Shown here: positions 1 to 12,933 of the stretch, piece after piece
Numbering within the stretch: position 1 is the first letter of the stretch
Layout: each line of letters opens with the position of its first letter
Source: Folioceros fuciformis
Taxonomy: Eukaryota
Assembly: GCA_049999805.1 (NCBI GenBank)
Contig: JBNGIO010005627.1
Location: 1-64,000, forward strand
Length of the DNA stretch: 64,000 bases
Direction of reading: 5' to 3'
The notes under the pieces: model-generated
Seen by the model: the letters and a program-made list of their open reading frames with translations, nothing else
Database searches by the model: none
What the model was told of the DNA's origin: nothing
Translations under genes and position numbers: made by a program

Positions 1-440
1 GTTTAATATAGCAATTGGTCTACACCAATCCAATCCAATATTTGTCAGGTAGTACCACAGGGCTTGGGTGGAGTGGCTGCTCGCCGGGCGCTCCATCCAA
101 GTGGTCTTGTTCGCGGAGGGGGATGGCCTTGTACTCAAGGTTTGCAACTTCGAAGACTAACTTCCTTGCCCCTTGCCTCCTGGTGTTAGTGCCTTCCTAG
201 GGTTTTTTCCAGTGTGTTCACACTTGCTGGGTTCTAGCCTTTTTTTAGCTACTTGAATCTATCTATTATTCGTAATAACCATGTTCCCAAATTAATGAAA
301 TAAAAGGGCATAATAGCTATTATCCATATTATGCTAAGGGACAAACTGAAAGCTATGAATGCGAACTTGCCTTACCTTCTTTCTTGTGCTCGAGCATAGT
401 AGTGGAAGTAGTCTCATGAGTCTCGGCAATCTTAATTGCA

Positions 441-501
441 GAATGAATATGTCACCTATCCCAACCTCCCTGAATGAACATGTCACCTGTCCCGACCTCC
501 C
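441..501. repeat. 31-bp tandem duplication
   Basis: gaatgaatatgtcacctatcccaacctccct is followed directly by gaatgaacatgtcacctgtcccgacctccc. Confidence 0.8.
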
Positions 502-636
502 TAGCTGCTTCCTGTCAGTTTAGAAGGGACATATAGGACATGGCTTTAAAGGAGGCCTGCGGAAGGCCTTGTGCCACGGGTTGTGTTGAGGCCAACTCGT
601 TCTCTACGCGCATGTGGGGCTATCCAATGTTTGAGG

Positions 637-910
637 CTGAGGCTCTTTGGTTTGGTAGCATTCTTGGCTGTGAGTGAGGCTGAGGCTTAGTTTAGCAACA
701 TCCCTCATGTGTGGGTGGGCCTTGAGGATTAGTTTGCTAGCATCCCCTGGATATGGGTGGGGTTGAGGCTTAGTTTGGCAGCATCCCTTGCTTTGGGTGA
801 GCTTAGGGCTTGGTTTGCTAGCATCCCTTGCTTTGGGTGAGCTTAAGGCTTGGTTTGCTAGCATCCCTTAGCTATGGGTGGGGCTGAGGCTTGGTTTGGC
901 TGCATCCTTG
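637..910. repeat. ~40-bp minisatellite, about 7 degenerate copies
   Basis: Unit is roughly ggcttggtttgctagcatcccttgctttgggtgagcttaa; the gcatccctt core recurs at 781, 821 and 861, with more degenerate copies on either side. Confidence 0.85.
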
Positions 911-929
911 TGATAGCTATGGCCCCCAT

Positions 930-1230
930 GACCATGGTCAAATGGCCACTTTGGGGCCTTCCAAAAAGGTAGTCAGTGCTCCATAACGGTCACTAATCAC
1001 TAACCGTAGTTAGGAGTGGCCTCATTGACCGCCATGGTCAAGTTGCCACTTTGGGGCCTTCCCAAAACCAGTTAGTGCTCCAAAGCGGCCACTAACTACA
1101 GCTAGGAGTGTTACCGCTCCATAGCAGCCACGGACCACAAGCACTTAGTGCTCCATAGTGGCCACTAATCATAGCTAGGAGTGTCACCGCTCCATAGCAG
1201 CCATTGACCACGGCTAGGAGTGTTACCACA
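930..1230. repeat. Nested degenerate tandem repeats (~100-bp duplication plus ~40-bp subunits), probably TE-derived
   Basis: ccatggtcaa..gccactttggggccttcc occurs at ~932 and ~1032; (a/g)gctaggagtg(t/c)taccgctccatagcagcca-like units occur at ~1100, ~1172 and, partially, ~1212. Confidence 0.7.
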
Positions 1231-1897
1231 TTCCTCGCCCTCGACGTGGATTTGTATACCTCAAGATATATGTACCATGTTGTGCACTTGAGTGGCTTGG
1301 AAGTTTTCGGAACGCCAAAAATGGGCGAAACACATTCCCATGTTCGTTCTCCAATTATCAATACAATTTTTTTTAACCGATCACCAGGCCAACTTCCACT
1401 ACCAGTTAGAAGGACAGGGGAAATGGCTGGTGGTCTCCCAGTATCCCTGCCGGTAGACAGAGGTAGTTCAATCTACAAGTTCCCGCAGCGAACGCTCTCT
1501 AATGTACAGTTCATAGATACTACCGAATTATAGATAATGAAGCCAAAATTGTAGAGGCCACGCAGACTGCATTGATAAATATTCAGCAATCCAACTTCGC
1601 GTCACACCGTCCAGCATGGACCGCCGTTATCGAGAAGGTGTCATCTATAATAAGAGGAACCACAATTGAGTTCTGCAACTTGCGAGCTAAATCCAAGCCA
1701 GGACGATACCAGGTTATCGGGCAACTTACAAGTAGGACGGTCGTAGGTCTTCGTATGGAGCTGTGACCGGTTTCACGTCGCCAAATAGTTGCTCGTTGTT
1801 ACTTCGCGCATTCAGGATCATGTCCGGCAATGACCACCCCCTCAGCTTTCGCCGATCTTGTGCACTTCGCTAGGGAACGCAGTGAGCATTGGGCACC

Positions 1898-4800
1898 CTA
1901 GCAAGAGAAACAAGCAGCGGTTAAGGATGACCTGCTGAAGCACAGGACGAGGGGGAACGCATGAACAGTGCGAAACGAAAAAATACCGGCATAGTTCTGA
2001 TAATTCAGGTTGAGAGAGAAGGAGATCAGACAGAGGTTTTGCACTGTCAAGCCTATCACCCAAAGCAGATCTGCAACATACGAATAGGAAAAACCAACCA
2101 CGAAGTAAGAACCACAGAAGCAGGATTGCTGAACCACTCGACACCGGGTGAAATTACCCAACGCATCCAAGACCACCGTGGTAAAACTTACCCAAGATTT
2201 TCATCCAGTGATAAGAGCTTGTGGTTCAATCTCATGTCTGCACCGACGTAGCTGACTACAAGAGCACCGGCATCAGGATGAGGCCATATCCTTGAGTTGG
2301 CGAACCGCAGTAAGAAGACACCAGGCTTGGGGACGCCGTGAGAGGTTTTCAATAACGATTCTCCTTCTTCCCTGGAGATCATCCCCTCTATCCACCTTGG
2401 ATCCTGCATCTCCCACAGAGCTCGCAGCTGCGGCGAGCTAAGGGCAAAAGAAACGGGGAAAATCCAGTGCCATAGTCGATCAAATTCATCGGGGCTCACA
2501 AACTCACCACACCCAGCTATTCTTCTCACGAATTCTTTATCCTGCAATACAGATATTTTAGGTTACCCGTCAACCTCAACCCGACAATGTATCCGGACAG
2601 CTTTCAACATCATCTCTGGACAAGGATAAGACCTTTTCTGTGAACCTCCTGGTGTTGCAGCCAGAGATTTTCAAGAAGCTTTCTTCAACGTGGGTGATAA
2701 GATTGACCCACAAGACAGGATGGAAATCTCTTGAAGCCTTTTTCCAAATTTCCCCACCTTCATGTAGTAACTGTCTTGCGATGCGGATCTGGTACCTGAT
2801 ATACATGTAGCACAACCAGGCAATACACTTAATCAGTTTCAGTATGATGCAACAAAGACATGCACATATATCACAGTTTTCAAATACATCGAAGAGATGC
2901 CCGAATTCCTAATTACCCGTTGTGGCGACAACCCGTGTACTCTGACACACGACTGGCAAAGTCGTTAATTTGATGCTCAGTCTTGCTCATCAATGTTTTC
3001 CGTAGAAACTGTACCCGACCATACATACTCAGCAGACAGTAGTGAAACACTAGATAGTCCGAAAATGCTCCATCTGACGCTCCTGTAGCAAGTCCAAATG
3101 TCTTCTGCATCCGTGGAATCTCTAACCCTGCACCATTAAGACCATGGACCCCATCTGTGATAACACCATCCTGCTTTAGACTGTGGCCAAAGCTGTCTAT
3201 GGCTTCCTTTGGCCTAGGGTCAGGAGACATTCCCCCTAACCAGTTGTACCCAGCATTGATCTGGGCTGCCATAGAATGTCCCCCACGAATGACAGGTAAC
3301 TGCATCTCAATTGTTACAGGACTGGGCAATCCTCCACCTACAGGCTCGCATGGTCTCTCCATTGACGACAAACCATTTGGAGTTGGAGGAGCCCCTTTGT
3401 CAGCTGCAGTACAGAGTCGTTTTAATGGTGGGAGAACACTATTACCATTCATAGTAGGACCTGCCACTGCGCCGTTTGAGTGGAAATCATTCTTCAGCTT
3501 CGAAAAATCAGACAGCTGAGGTTCTTCTGTACTTGGAGAGAGGACACTTTCTGCAGGGGCAATGGCAGGGCTCTGTCTTTTCCAAGTAACTGTCGGGTGG
3601 CGATGGTTCCGATTCCTTGAAACACATCTGATTGGCCGCGAGAATGTGCGCAGGAAGGGGTATTTGGGTGTGTTCAGAGAGTCAAAACAAACCCGGAATA
3701 GCCGATTGTCGCACTTTGATGAAAGCTGTCACCACAGGATTCAACAAATTTATCAGGAAGTTACCGTAATACAAGCCATGTGTTTCTACGAATTCAATGT
3801 GTCTCAGCAACTCTAGTTCACGAGAGCATCTGAAAGGTCTGATAAGTTTTTCAACATGGAACATGCGATGAGATTGCTAACCTGAGATATTTTCAGCTTG
3901 AAAGATGCACGCCCATGAACAAGCTTTATGGGGCGTTCAGTGGATGGGAATTCAACGCCATCAAAAGTAGTCAGCAGGGGTGCTTCAGAGTCATCTTTTG
4001 GTTTTTCTACTGGCGACCCTGAGTCTGCATATACAAGAAGTGCAACAAGCTGCCACCGTACAATAGGCCATAAGTTGGCAGTACATCAGGTGTAAGCTCA
4101 AGAAGAATTCCAAATCTGGGTACTCGAATCTATAAATTACGTTCATGACAAGGAAAGCTACCTCCATGTCCTTGTGGATTGAGCGACCCACAGCATCAAG
4201 CAGTGCTACATCAAGAGCAAAATTACGGCGACAGGAGGCCTGCAGGTCTTGTGAAGCGTGTTTTCAGAAGACTAGGATAACGAAATTAATCGGATTTGAA
4301 AATTCCACAAGAAAAACCAAAGGTAATATTGGCAACTGGCGACTAACCTTTCCTCCTACCACACTCCATACTCCATCTCCTCCTTCCTCCACCTCATTAT
4401 CATCAGAAGCGCCACTTGAGCCATCGAGCATGAGTTCCAGTGGCGGATTCTGTTGATGGCAACCATGCTCATGAGCACCACGGCTGGATCAAGTTTCACT
4501 GTCTGAACGTTTCCAGACATCACGTCAATAATAGCCGCAACCATTACCTTGACATAATGATTTGTCACTGTTGGTTGGGGAAGGAGACGCACGTAGTGTG
4601 CATAAGCCTGCACACTATTCGCATAAGCAGGGCCATCCCCACCATACAGGTGCAAACGCAACACCTCGTTTTCGTCTTGAAGAGGAGATGTAAGTGCCTT
4701 CTCACCAACTACCACTCCATCCATGTGAAGACGGGCAACATCCGTGGCCACCTGGTCAGAAACAGACGGAGCGCTTTTGGTAAATCCCGTCCCGATTCAC

Positions 4801-5360
4801 ACTGCAGTTTACACGTATACCAAAACAACCACATCGCAGACCTCCTTCAAGGAGTCATTGGAAGCACGAAAGAGACTCAGGGCTGCAGTGAAGGGATAGA
4901 AGGCAGGCACACCTCGCATCCAAAGTGAACCCACTTTTCCAGAGGAAATGGTTTGTCTGATGTCACAATGTCCGTGATTCCAGCTTCAGGAAGCTGTGCA
5001 CATGCTGATGGAGGCAAGGGACACAGATTCACCTTCCTGTCAGTGTCGAATGTGAGAAATGGAACGGACAATTCTGAACCCTCCCGACTCTGTCACAGTG
5101 CCACCCTCCGTTAGGACAGATCAGAAATTGACATGAAATGGGCTTTCATCGGTTTCAATGAGAGTGCAGCGCGAGGAACAAACCTGTCTGATCAAAATGC
5201 CCGGTTTACTGCTCTTCAGTACGTAAATCCAAAAGCAAAGAGTAAAGCTGACTTTCTCCTCCTTAGCCCCCTTGACATCCACAGATAACTTCTCCAAGGG
5301 CAAGTAGTCATCATCACCAAAAATGGCTCCACTTTTACCTCCGGCCTTGATGGACCCCAT
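1898..5360 (-). CDS. Plant SH2-domain (STAT-like, SHA/SHB family) protein, multi-exon
   Basis: N-terminal LamG/ConA-like motifs (SFTLCFWIYV, PLEKWVHFGCEV); central SSKCDNRLFRVCF..YPFL..FSRPIRCVSRNR block; C-terminal SH2 (WIEGMISREEGESLL...PGVFLLRFANSRIWPHPDAGALVVSYVG, 2192-2545). Exons are bounded by GT-AG. The last exon and stop are inferred. Confidence 0.9.
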
Positions 5361-6723
5361 CGCCCTAGCTACAAGCTTAGATCATAGATATAGAATGCCC
5401 TAGACAACATCTTACAAAGACGATCAATAACGTCTGCCGTGTCCTAAAACCCTCTACACGGATCATAGGGAACAGCGTGTTCTAGGTTATCCTTGCACGA
5501 GAAAATGAGCGAAACAGCCTTTGATTCCATGGCCGCCTCCTGCACCCAAAGTTAAGAAAACACAGGGACCGGGTCAGCAAGGTACTTCGTCCCACCCTGA
5601 CCAGCTTAGTACATGCACCGTATCCACTACCACGCACCAATTCACAAAGAAGGCGGGCTTGAACCCTGTCCGAAACGCATGAAGAGCAGCTGCAGGCCCA
5701 GCTAGCCAACTATCCAACCAAGGAACAGGCAATACAGTGCCAAGCCGAGCCCGGATCACACAGTCACTTCTTGTCCCCTGACAGACACAAGAAACGCGAC
5801 AGCGCAGCCCGGCGATCGAGCCTCAGTTCAAGAACCAACTCTCGTCACTCCATTCTTGCCTGCCACTCACGGGCTTGCACTCATTTCAACAGAGCCAGAA
5901 GCGCCGATCTTGCAAAATCCGCAATCTTTCCATCCATCATCCAGCACAAAGCACGAACACTCCGGTCCAAGAGACACAGGCAGTCCTCTCCGGGGAGTTC
6001 CCAATCTAGCAATCTTGCTCCCACACCGCAGGAGGGACACGTACATTCCGAAATTGCGCAGGCCCCGAGCGGCGCCAGGCCCCAAGCGGCGGCCCGGGGG
6101 CCTCCACAGGAAGGCTGACACACCGGCGGACAAGCCGGCTGGAATTCCAGTCTCGCTTCACAGTCACGGCAAGCCAGCCACACCCGGAGAGTGGAGAGGT
6201 CAGCCGGCTCAGGAATTGCCCAACACCGCAGCAGCAGCTGCTCCACCGCCAGAATTCCCCGGGTGCGCCACAAGAAGCAGCCAGAATCCATGCGTACCTG
6301 GAAAGAAGCAGGAGCAGCAGCGCAGCGGAGACTCCGCAGGCCGGCACCGCAGCCCGGCTCGATGCCAAGGCCGATGCAGTCGCAGATGCCGTCGCAGCAG
6401 CAGCAACAGCCCCTTCCTCAACCCGCTCCCGGTCCGCACAGACAGGCAGGCTGTTGGCGTCAGGGAAGCTGGAGAAGCCAGGCAAGGGAAGCAAGGGAAG
6501 AGGGGGACTAGACAGGCCTGTCACGGCCGTGTGGCTTTGAGCTACATGCCCCATGCCATTCCATTTTCGCACCAATATAGCAAAGATACAACCATAACAA
6601 ATTACAAATATTTTCCATCTCTCCTGCACTTCCCCTTCCCTCCTCTTCACATTACTGGGGCACACAAACAATTTTGTTGGTTTCCTTGTGGGTCACGTAC
6701 CACCTCCCCTTTGTCCCACGTCA

Positions 6724-7082
6724 CAACTTCATTCCTAGTCAAAGTTATCTTCTAACATTGTCATATAAGAGAGATAGCTTAGAAAGTGGGTAATGGTGGT
6801 GTTCCACATCATTCCTAGTCCAAGTTCCTCAAAAGCTATGTTGTCTATCCAGGATAGCATAGGAGGTGGAAGATAGAGCAACCTACATCTGGAAGTGGAA
6901 AAGTTACCTTCACTTCATTCCTAGCCCATGTTCCTTCAAAGAATGCATTATCTTAGAAGGAATAGCATGTTGAAGACTCTTCAACTTCATTCCTAGTCCA
7001 AGTTTCTTATAACATGTTCTAAGTTGAAGAATAGTCACAAAAGATGGACAATGTTTGTTCCACCTCATTCCTAGTCCAAGTT
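6724..7082. repeat. Five spaced ~20-bp direct repeats (cttcattcctagtccaagtt) with divergent spacers
   Basis: The cattcctag core starts at 6730, 6810, 6916, 6988 and 7066 (periods 80, 106, 72, 78). Confidence 0.85.
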
Positions 7083-7312
7083 TGTGAGAATCACGTTACA
7101 TTCATGATCAATATGGAATGGATTAGCTTGGAGTCCAATTCATTTGATTGAGGGTCATGCTCAAGGTTGGGTATGAGATAGATTTTCATACACTTTTGTA
7201 CTTGTAGGTGTTGAGTTGGGTTGAAGAAAGGATTGAGCTTAGTTGAAGCCAACAAGATTCCAAAGCCCGTGAGAAGGTAGGAAGAGAGAATATGTGAAGC
7301 CTGGGTGTTGGA

Positions 7313-7362
7313 CCTAGTCCAAGTCCAAGTCCAAGTCCAAGTCCAAGACCAAGGCCAAGTCC
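7313..7362. repeat. (AAGTCC)n hexanucleotide microsatellite
   Basis: cctagtccaagtccaagtccaagtccaagtccaagaccaaggccaagtcc. Confidence 0.85.
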
Positions 7363-7903
7363 ATGTGCTGGGTGCTGGGTGCTGGGTCCGTCCAAGTGTG
7401 TAAGAAAAATGTGAGAGTGAGGTAGACGAGCCGGGTAAACCGTTGGGGCCAACTGCTGCGCTGCGCCTGTCCGGCAAACGTGAACCGGCGCCGGCGGCGG
7501 TATGGATGTTTCGCCGAAGTGGGGAGGCGGAATGACGTGGGATTAGCTTAAGGGCTTTGGCATGATAATGATGCCATTTGCCTGCTTCTTGCACGTATGG
7601 ACATGGGCCCATCATTGCCGATCCTAACCGCCTTGCCACCTCGGGCCAAACGGAACAAGTATAGCATGTTAGAGATTTGGTTCTCTGGAGTTAGGCCCTG
7701 GCATGTCCAAGTCTGCGGCTTGTGGCGGCACCGGCCGTTATCCGCAGACGGCAGTTAGGTCGGGATGGAGCGGGATACAATGCATCCCAAAGTGTGAAAG
7801 GGGATATTAACGAGCGTGGATTTCTTGTTCTGAGCCGGGCAGCTGCGGCCCGGGGAGGAGATGGCGCACAGGTAGGCGAGCGTGGAGAGGCTGGAGGGAC
7901 GGC

Positions 7904-9579
7904 ATGGGGAGCGCGCAGGAGGAGAAGTTGCCGTGCAGGGAGAAGGCGGTGCTGAAGGGGCATGAAGGGGCCGTGCTTGCTGTCCGGTTCAACAGGGATG
8001 GGAATTACTGTCTCAGCTGCGGGAAGGATCGGCTGCTGCGGTTGTGGAATCCTAGCAAGAGCCTGCTCATAAAGAAGTATTCGGGCCATGCCAGGGAGGT
8101 TCGCGATGTGGCTACTTCCAGGTGTGGACTCTGTTCTTGCTGCGCATTTGGGAGATGTCAGGGTTTAGGGTTTACGGCGTGCTCACACCTGTGGGAATCG
8201 GGATTTGCAGCGATAATGCCAAGTTAACTTCCTGCGGAGGGGATCGCCAGATCTTCTTCTGGGACGTTGCCACTGGGAGGATTATACGAAAGTTTCGAGG
8301 CCATGATAGCGAGGTTTGCATGCTTTCTTCGTAAGGTTGAGAATTTGTGCGCGGACGCGCGGGGAGGTTTTGGTTTCAGCTAATTCTGTGGGTGTGTGCT
8401 TCAGGTGAATTCCGTGAAGTTCAACGAGCAAGATGCAGCAATTGTGTCTGGCGGGTACGATCGGACAGTGCGGGCGTGGGACTGTCGATCGAATAGTATG
8501 GAGCCCATTCAGGTCTTGACTGGATCTGCTACTATTAGGTGGAGGAGTCCTGTTTTATGTTCGTGTCAAGGGGTCAATTGGAGGGCACTACTGGGGTTTT
8601 AACTGAAGGACGCCTTGAAGACGTGGCCTTTGCGAACCTTTTTTGACTTGGGAATTTTTTGTGGCAGACTATTGATGCGTTTGGCGACAGTGTTACATCT
8701 GTCGTGCTTACTGCGACGGAGATAATAGCTGGATCGGTGGATGGGAGCGTCCGAACTTTTGACATTCGACTAGGCAGGTAGGTAATGACTCATGCTTATG
8801 ATGCAGTCAAAGCTTGGTCAGTCTCAACCATGAAGTCCCTCATCGAATGTTCTGGTTGGCGTTCAGGGAGATTGTAGATCAGCTAGGACAGTCCGTGACG
8901 AGTGTGGCCCTCTCGCACGACAATAACTGTATACTTGCAGGTTGCCTTGATTCCACTCTCAGACTCTTGGACAGGTTAGTGTTCACGTTTCCTCCATCCA
9001 GTACAGGGTACGCCTGGCTTTCTTCACCTGTCGCTCGAAAGTATCAGTAGGGAAAGGTCGAAAGCCACATTCCGAATTGGAAATCATAAAAAAGGCTGAC
9101 GGAAGTGTGCAATGTGTCGTCTGGCAGGAGTTCTGGCGAACAGCTGCAGCAGTACAAGGGGCACATGAACAAAGTAAGAAAACCACCATGGGTGCCTGTT
9201 CTCGCACCATAACTGCTTGCTTAGACTGCTTGCCTAACAGTTGGACTGTGATATGTCACCTGTGTGCAGTCGTTCAAGATGGATAGCTGCCTGACCCACA
9301 CTGATGCTTATGTCGTGAGCGGGTCCGAAGATGGCTCTGTCTACTTCTGGGATTTGGTGGACCCCAAGAACCTAACCACCTTCAAGGCTCATTCTGCTGT
9401 GGTGAGCATTTCACTGTCTCGGGACAAAGGCTGTTTCACTTTTCCAGTTTCCAAGCAACACACGTTCTGTGACCGCGTGCTCGTCTCCCTCGCAGGTGAC
9501 AAGTGTCAGCTACCACCCGAAAGAGAGCTGCATGTTGACAGCGTCGGTGGATGGAACCATCCGGATGTGGAAGCCGTGA
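7904..9579 (+). CDS. WDR83: WD40-repeat protein WDR83/MORG1 homolog, multi-exon
   Basis: LKGHEGAVLAVRFNRDGNYCLSCGKDRLLRLWNP, SCGGDRQIFFWDVATGRIIRKFRGHDSEVNSVKFN, VSGSEDGSVYFWDLV; ends IRMWKP* at 9579. Confidence 0.92.
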
Positions 9580-9742
9580 GACCAGCCAGCAGGGGTTGCA
9601 ATAGCAGGAAATAGTGACAACAGCTCGATAGCTTCCTGCAGAAGCGTGCGGCCCAAGCATAGATAGGGCAACGAATACAGCACAACAAACATGTGGATTC
9701 ATGACGTACAGATGGGCAAGTACCCAGCATTGTCTTGAAAGT

Positions 9743-11020
9743 TTAAGGCCATCCGGAAGTGGCAACCTCCCGGATTCTGTACACCGGCCGTGGCTGGGAT
9801 TCGAAGTAGGTCTTCATACAAATGTCAGCCACTAGGCCCAGGAAGATGCATTGCAGGCCAATGACGAAGAGCTCAAGAGCTAATACGAGAGTCGGAACCA
9901 CAGTCTGGAATGCAGCCCGCCATCCACTCGAGAGAGATGCTGAGTACATAGACACTCCCGCTACAGACGCCGTCCCCATGGATGCAAGCAAGCAGAAGCC
10001 TCCAACAAGGCCAATCAAATGCATCGGCCGGTCTCTGAACTTGGCCCAGAAGCACACAGTGATGAGGTCCAGAAGAACCCGAGGTATCCTTCCCAGGCCG
10101 TATTTGGAGGAACCAAACGAACGTCCAGTGTGATTTACTTCCAGCTCGGCAATGGCGGCTCCCTCGATGGCAGCCAGAGCCGGAATGTACCTGTGCATTT
10201 CACCGTAAAGCTTGATGTTGGCCACGGCAGTGGCTCTGTACGCCTTGAGGCTGCATCCGTAGTCATGGAGCTTCAAACCTGTGGCAGCACCGATGATCCA
10301 GTTGGCTATGGCCGAGGGGAGGTTTCTGCTGAAGAGGTTGTCCTTGCGGCTGCGCCTCCATCCGCACACTAGGTCGTATCCTCCATCCTCCCTGGCTGCA
10401 GTGCTCACCCGGCTATTCTTGCTGGTGGAGGCCTTTTCCTGGGCGCCGTAGAGAAGGTGATCCAGCAGCCGTGGGATGTCCTCGGCGTCGTTCTGCAGGT
10501 CGCCATCCAGCGTCACCACCAGCTGGCCAGCAGCCAAGTCGAAGCCCGCCGCCATCGCCGCAGTCTGGCCGAAGTTGCGCCCCAGGATGACAGCCCGCAG
10601 GTCCAGTCTTTCAGCAGCCATAGCCTTGAGCAGGGCGCCGGAGCCATCTGTGGAGCCGTCGTCCACGCACAGTATCTCATATGGTACGTCCCGCTTGCGC
10701 ATCACCTGCCCCACCTTCTCCAACAGCATTGGCAGGTTGGGCTTCTCGTTGTATACAGGGATGATCACGGAGACCGGCCATTTCTCCGGGACATCAACTG
10801 GCTGTGGGGCCGGCGCGACTCCTCCTGGTAACTCTAGGTTGGGCCTTCTCTGGACTGGTTGCCTCCGGCTCCATTCTGGCGAAGTTGCAGGGACTTGCGT
10901 GTGCCTCGCTACACATCGCACAAGCCTCTGTTTCTTGGGGAGTGCAGACCCGCTGAAATCCTGTCTGCCTAGGGGAAAGAATTTGTGGGGCTGCCAGACG
11001 AGAGCAGCCGTAGTTCCCAT
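9743..11020 (-). CDS. Intronless GT2 polyprenyl-phosphate glycosyltransferase (GtrB/ArnC-like, cyanobacterial-type) with N-terminal extension
   Basis: 425-aa ORF: SVIIPVYNE, VDDGSTDG, RNFGQTAAMAAG, TLDGDLQND, HDYGCSLKAYR, LYGEMHRYIPALA, FGSSKYG; two C-terminal hydrophobic helices; ~75-aa basic N-terminus rich in Pro, Arg and Ser. Confidence 0.9.
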   Translation of the reverse strand: MGTTAALVWQPHKFFPLGRQDFSGSALPKKQRLVRCVARHTQVPATSPEWSRRQPVQRRPNLELPGGVAPAPQPVDVPEKWPVSVIIPVYNEKPNLPMLLEKVGQVMRKRDVPYEILCVDDGSTDGSGALLKAMAAERLDLRAVILGRNFGQTAAMAAGFDLAAGQLVVTLDGDLQNDAEDIPRLLDHLLYGAQEKASTSKNSRVSTAAREDGGYDLVCGWRRSRKDNLFSRNLPSAIANWIIGAATGLKLHDYGCSLKAYRATAVANIKLYGEMHRYIPALAAIEGAAIAELEVNHTGRSFGSSKYGLGRIPRVLLDLITVCFWAKFRDRPMHLIGLVGGFCLLASMGTASVAGVSMYSASLSSGWRAAFQTVVPTLVLALELFVIGLQCIFLGLVADICMKTYFESQPRPVYRIREVATSGWP

Positions 11021-11103
11021 GTCTGAACTGAGCTTGAATTTGGGCTACCTAAAGCCCTAGGCAAGAGTTGTTTATATGCTGCTGGAGGTTTCTACCGGCT
11101 GTG

Positions 11104-12933
<1,830 letters not shown>

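Noticed and set aside
6727-6746. miR166-like sequence (shared CTTCATTCC)
   Set aside because: Only 9 nt match, the flanks differ from TCGGACCAGGCTTCATTCCCC, and no star arm is visible.
5856-6755. 299-aa (+) and 221-aa (-) ORFs
   Set aside because: Non-ATG starts, low complexity and no recognisable domain; typical stop-poor GC-rich leader sequence.
6724-7082. CRISPR array
   Set aside because: Repeats are only ~20 bp, spacers are 50-85 bp and uneven, there are no cas genes, and the context is eukaryotic nuclear DNA. Kept as a spaced-repeat finding instead.
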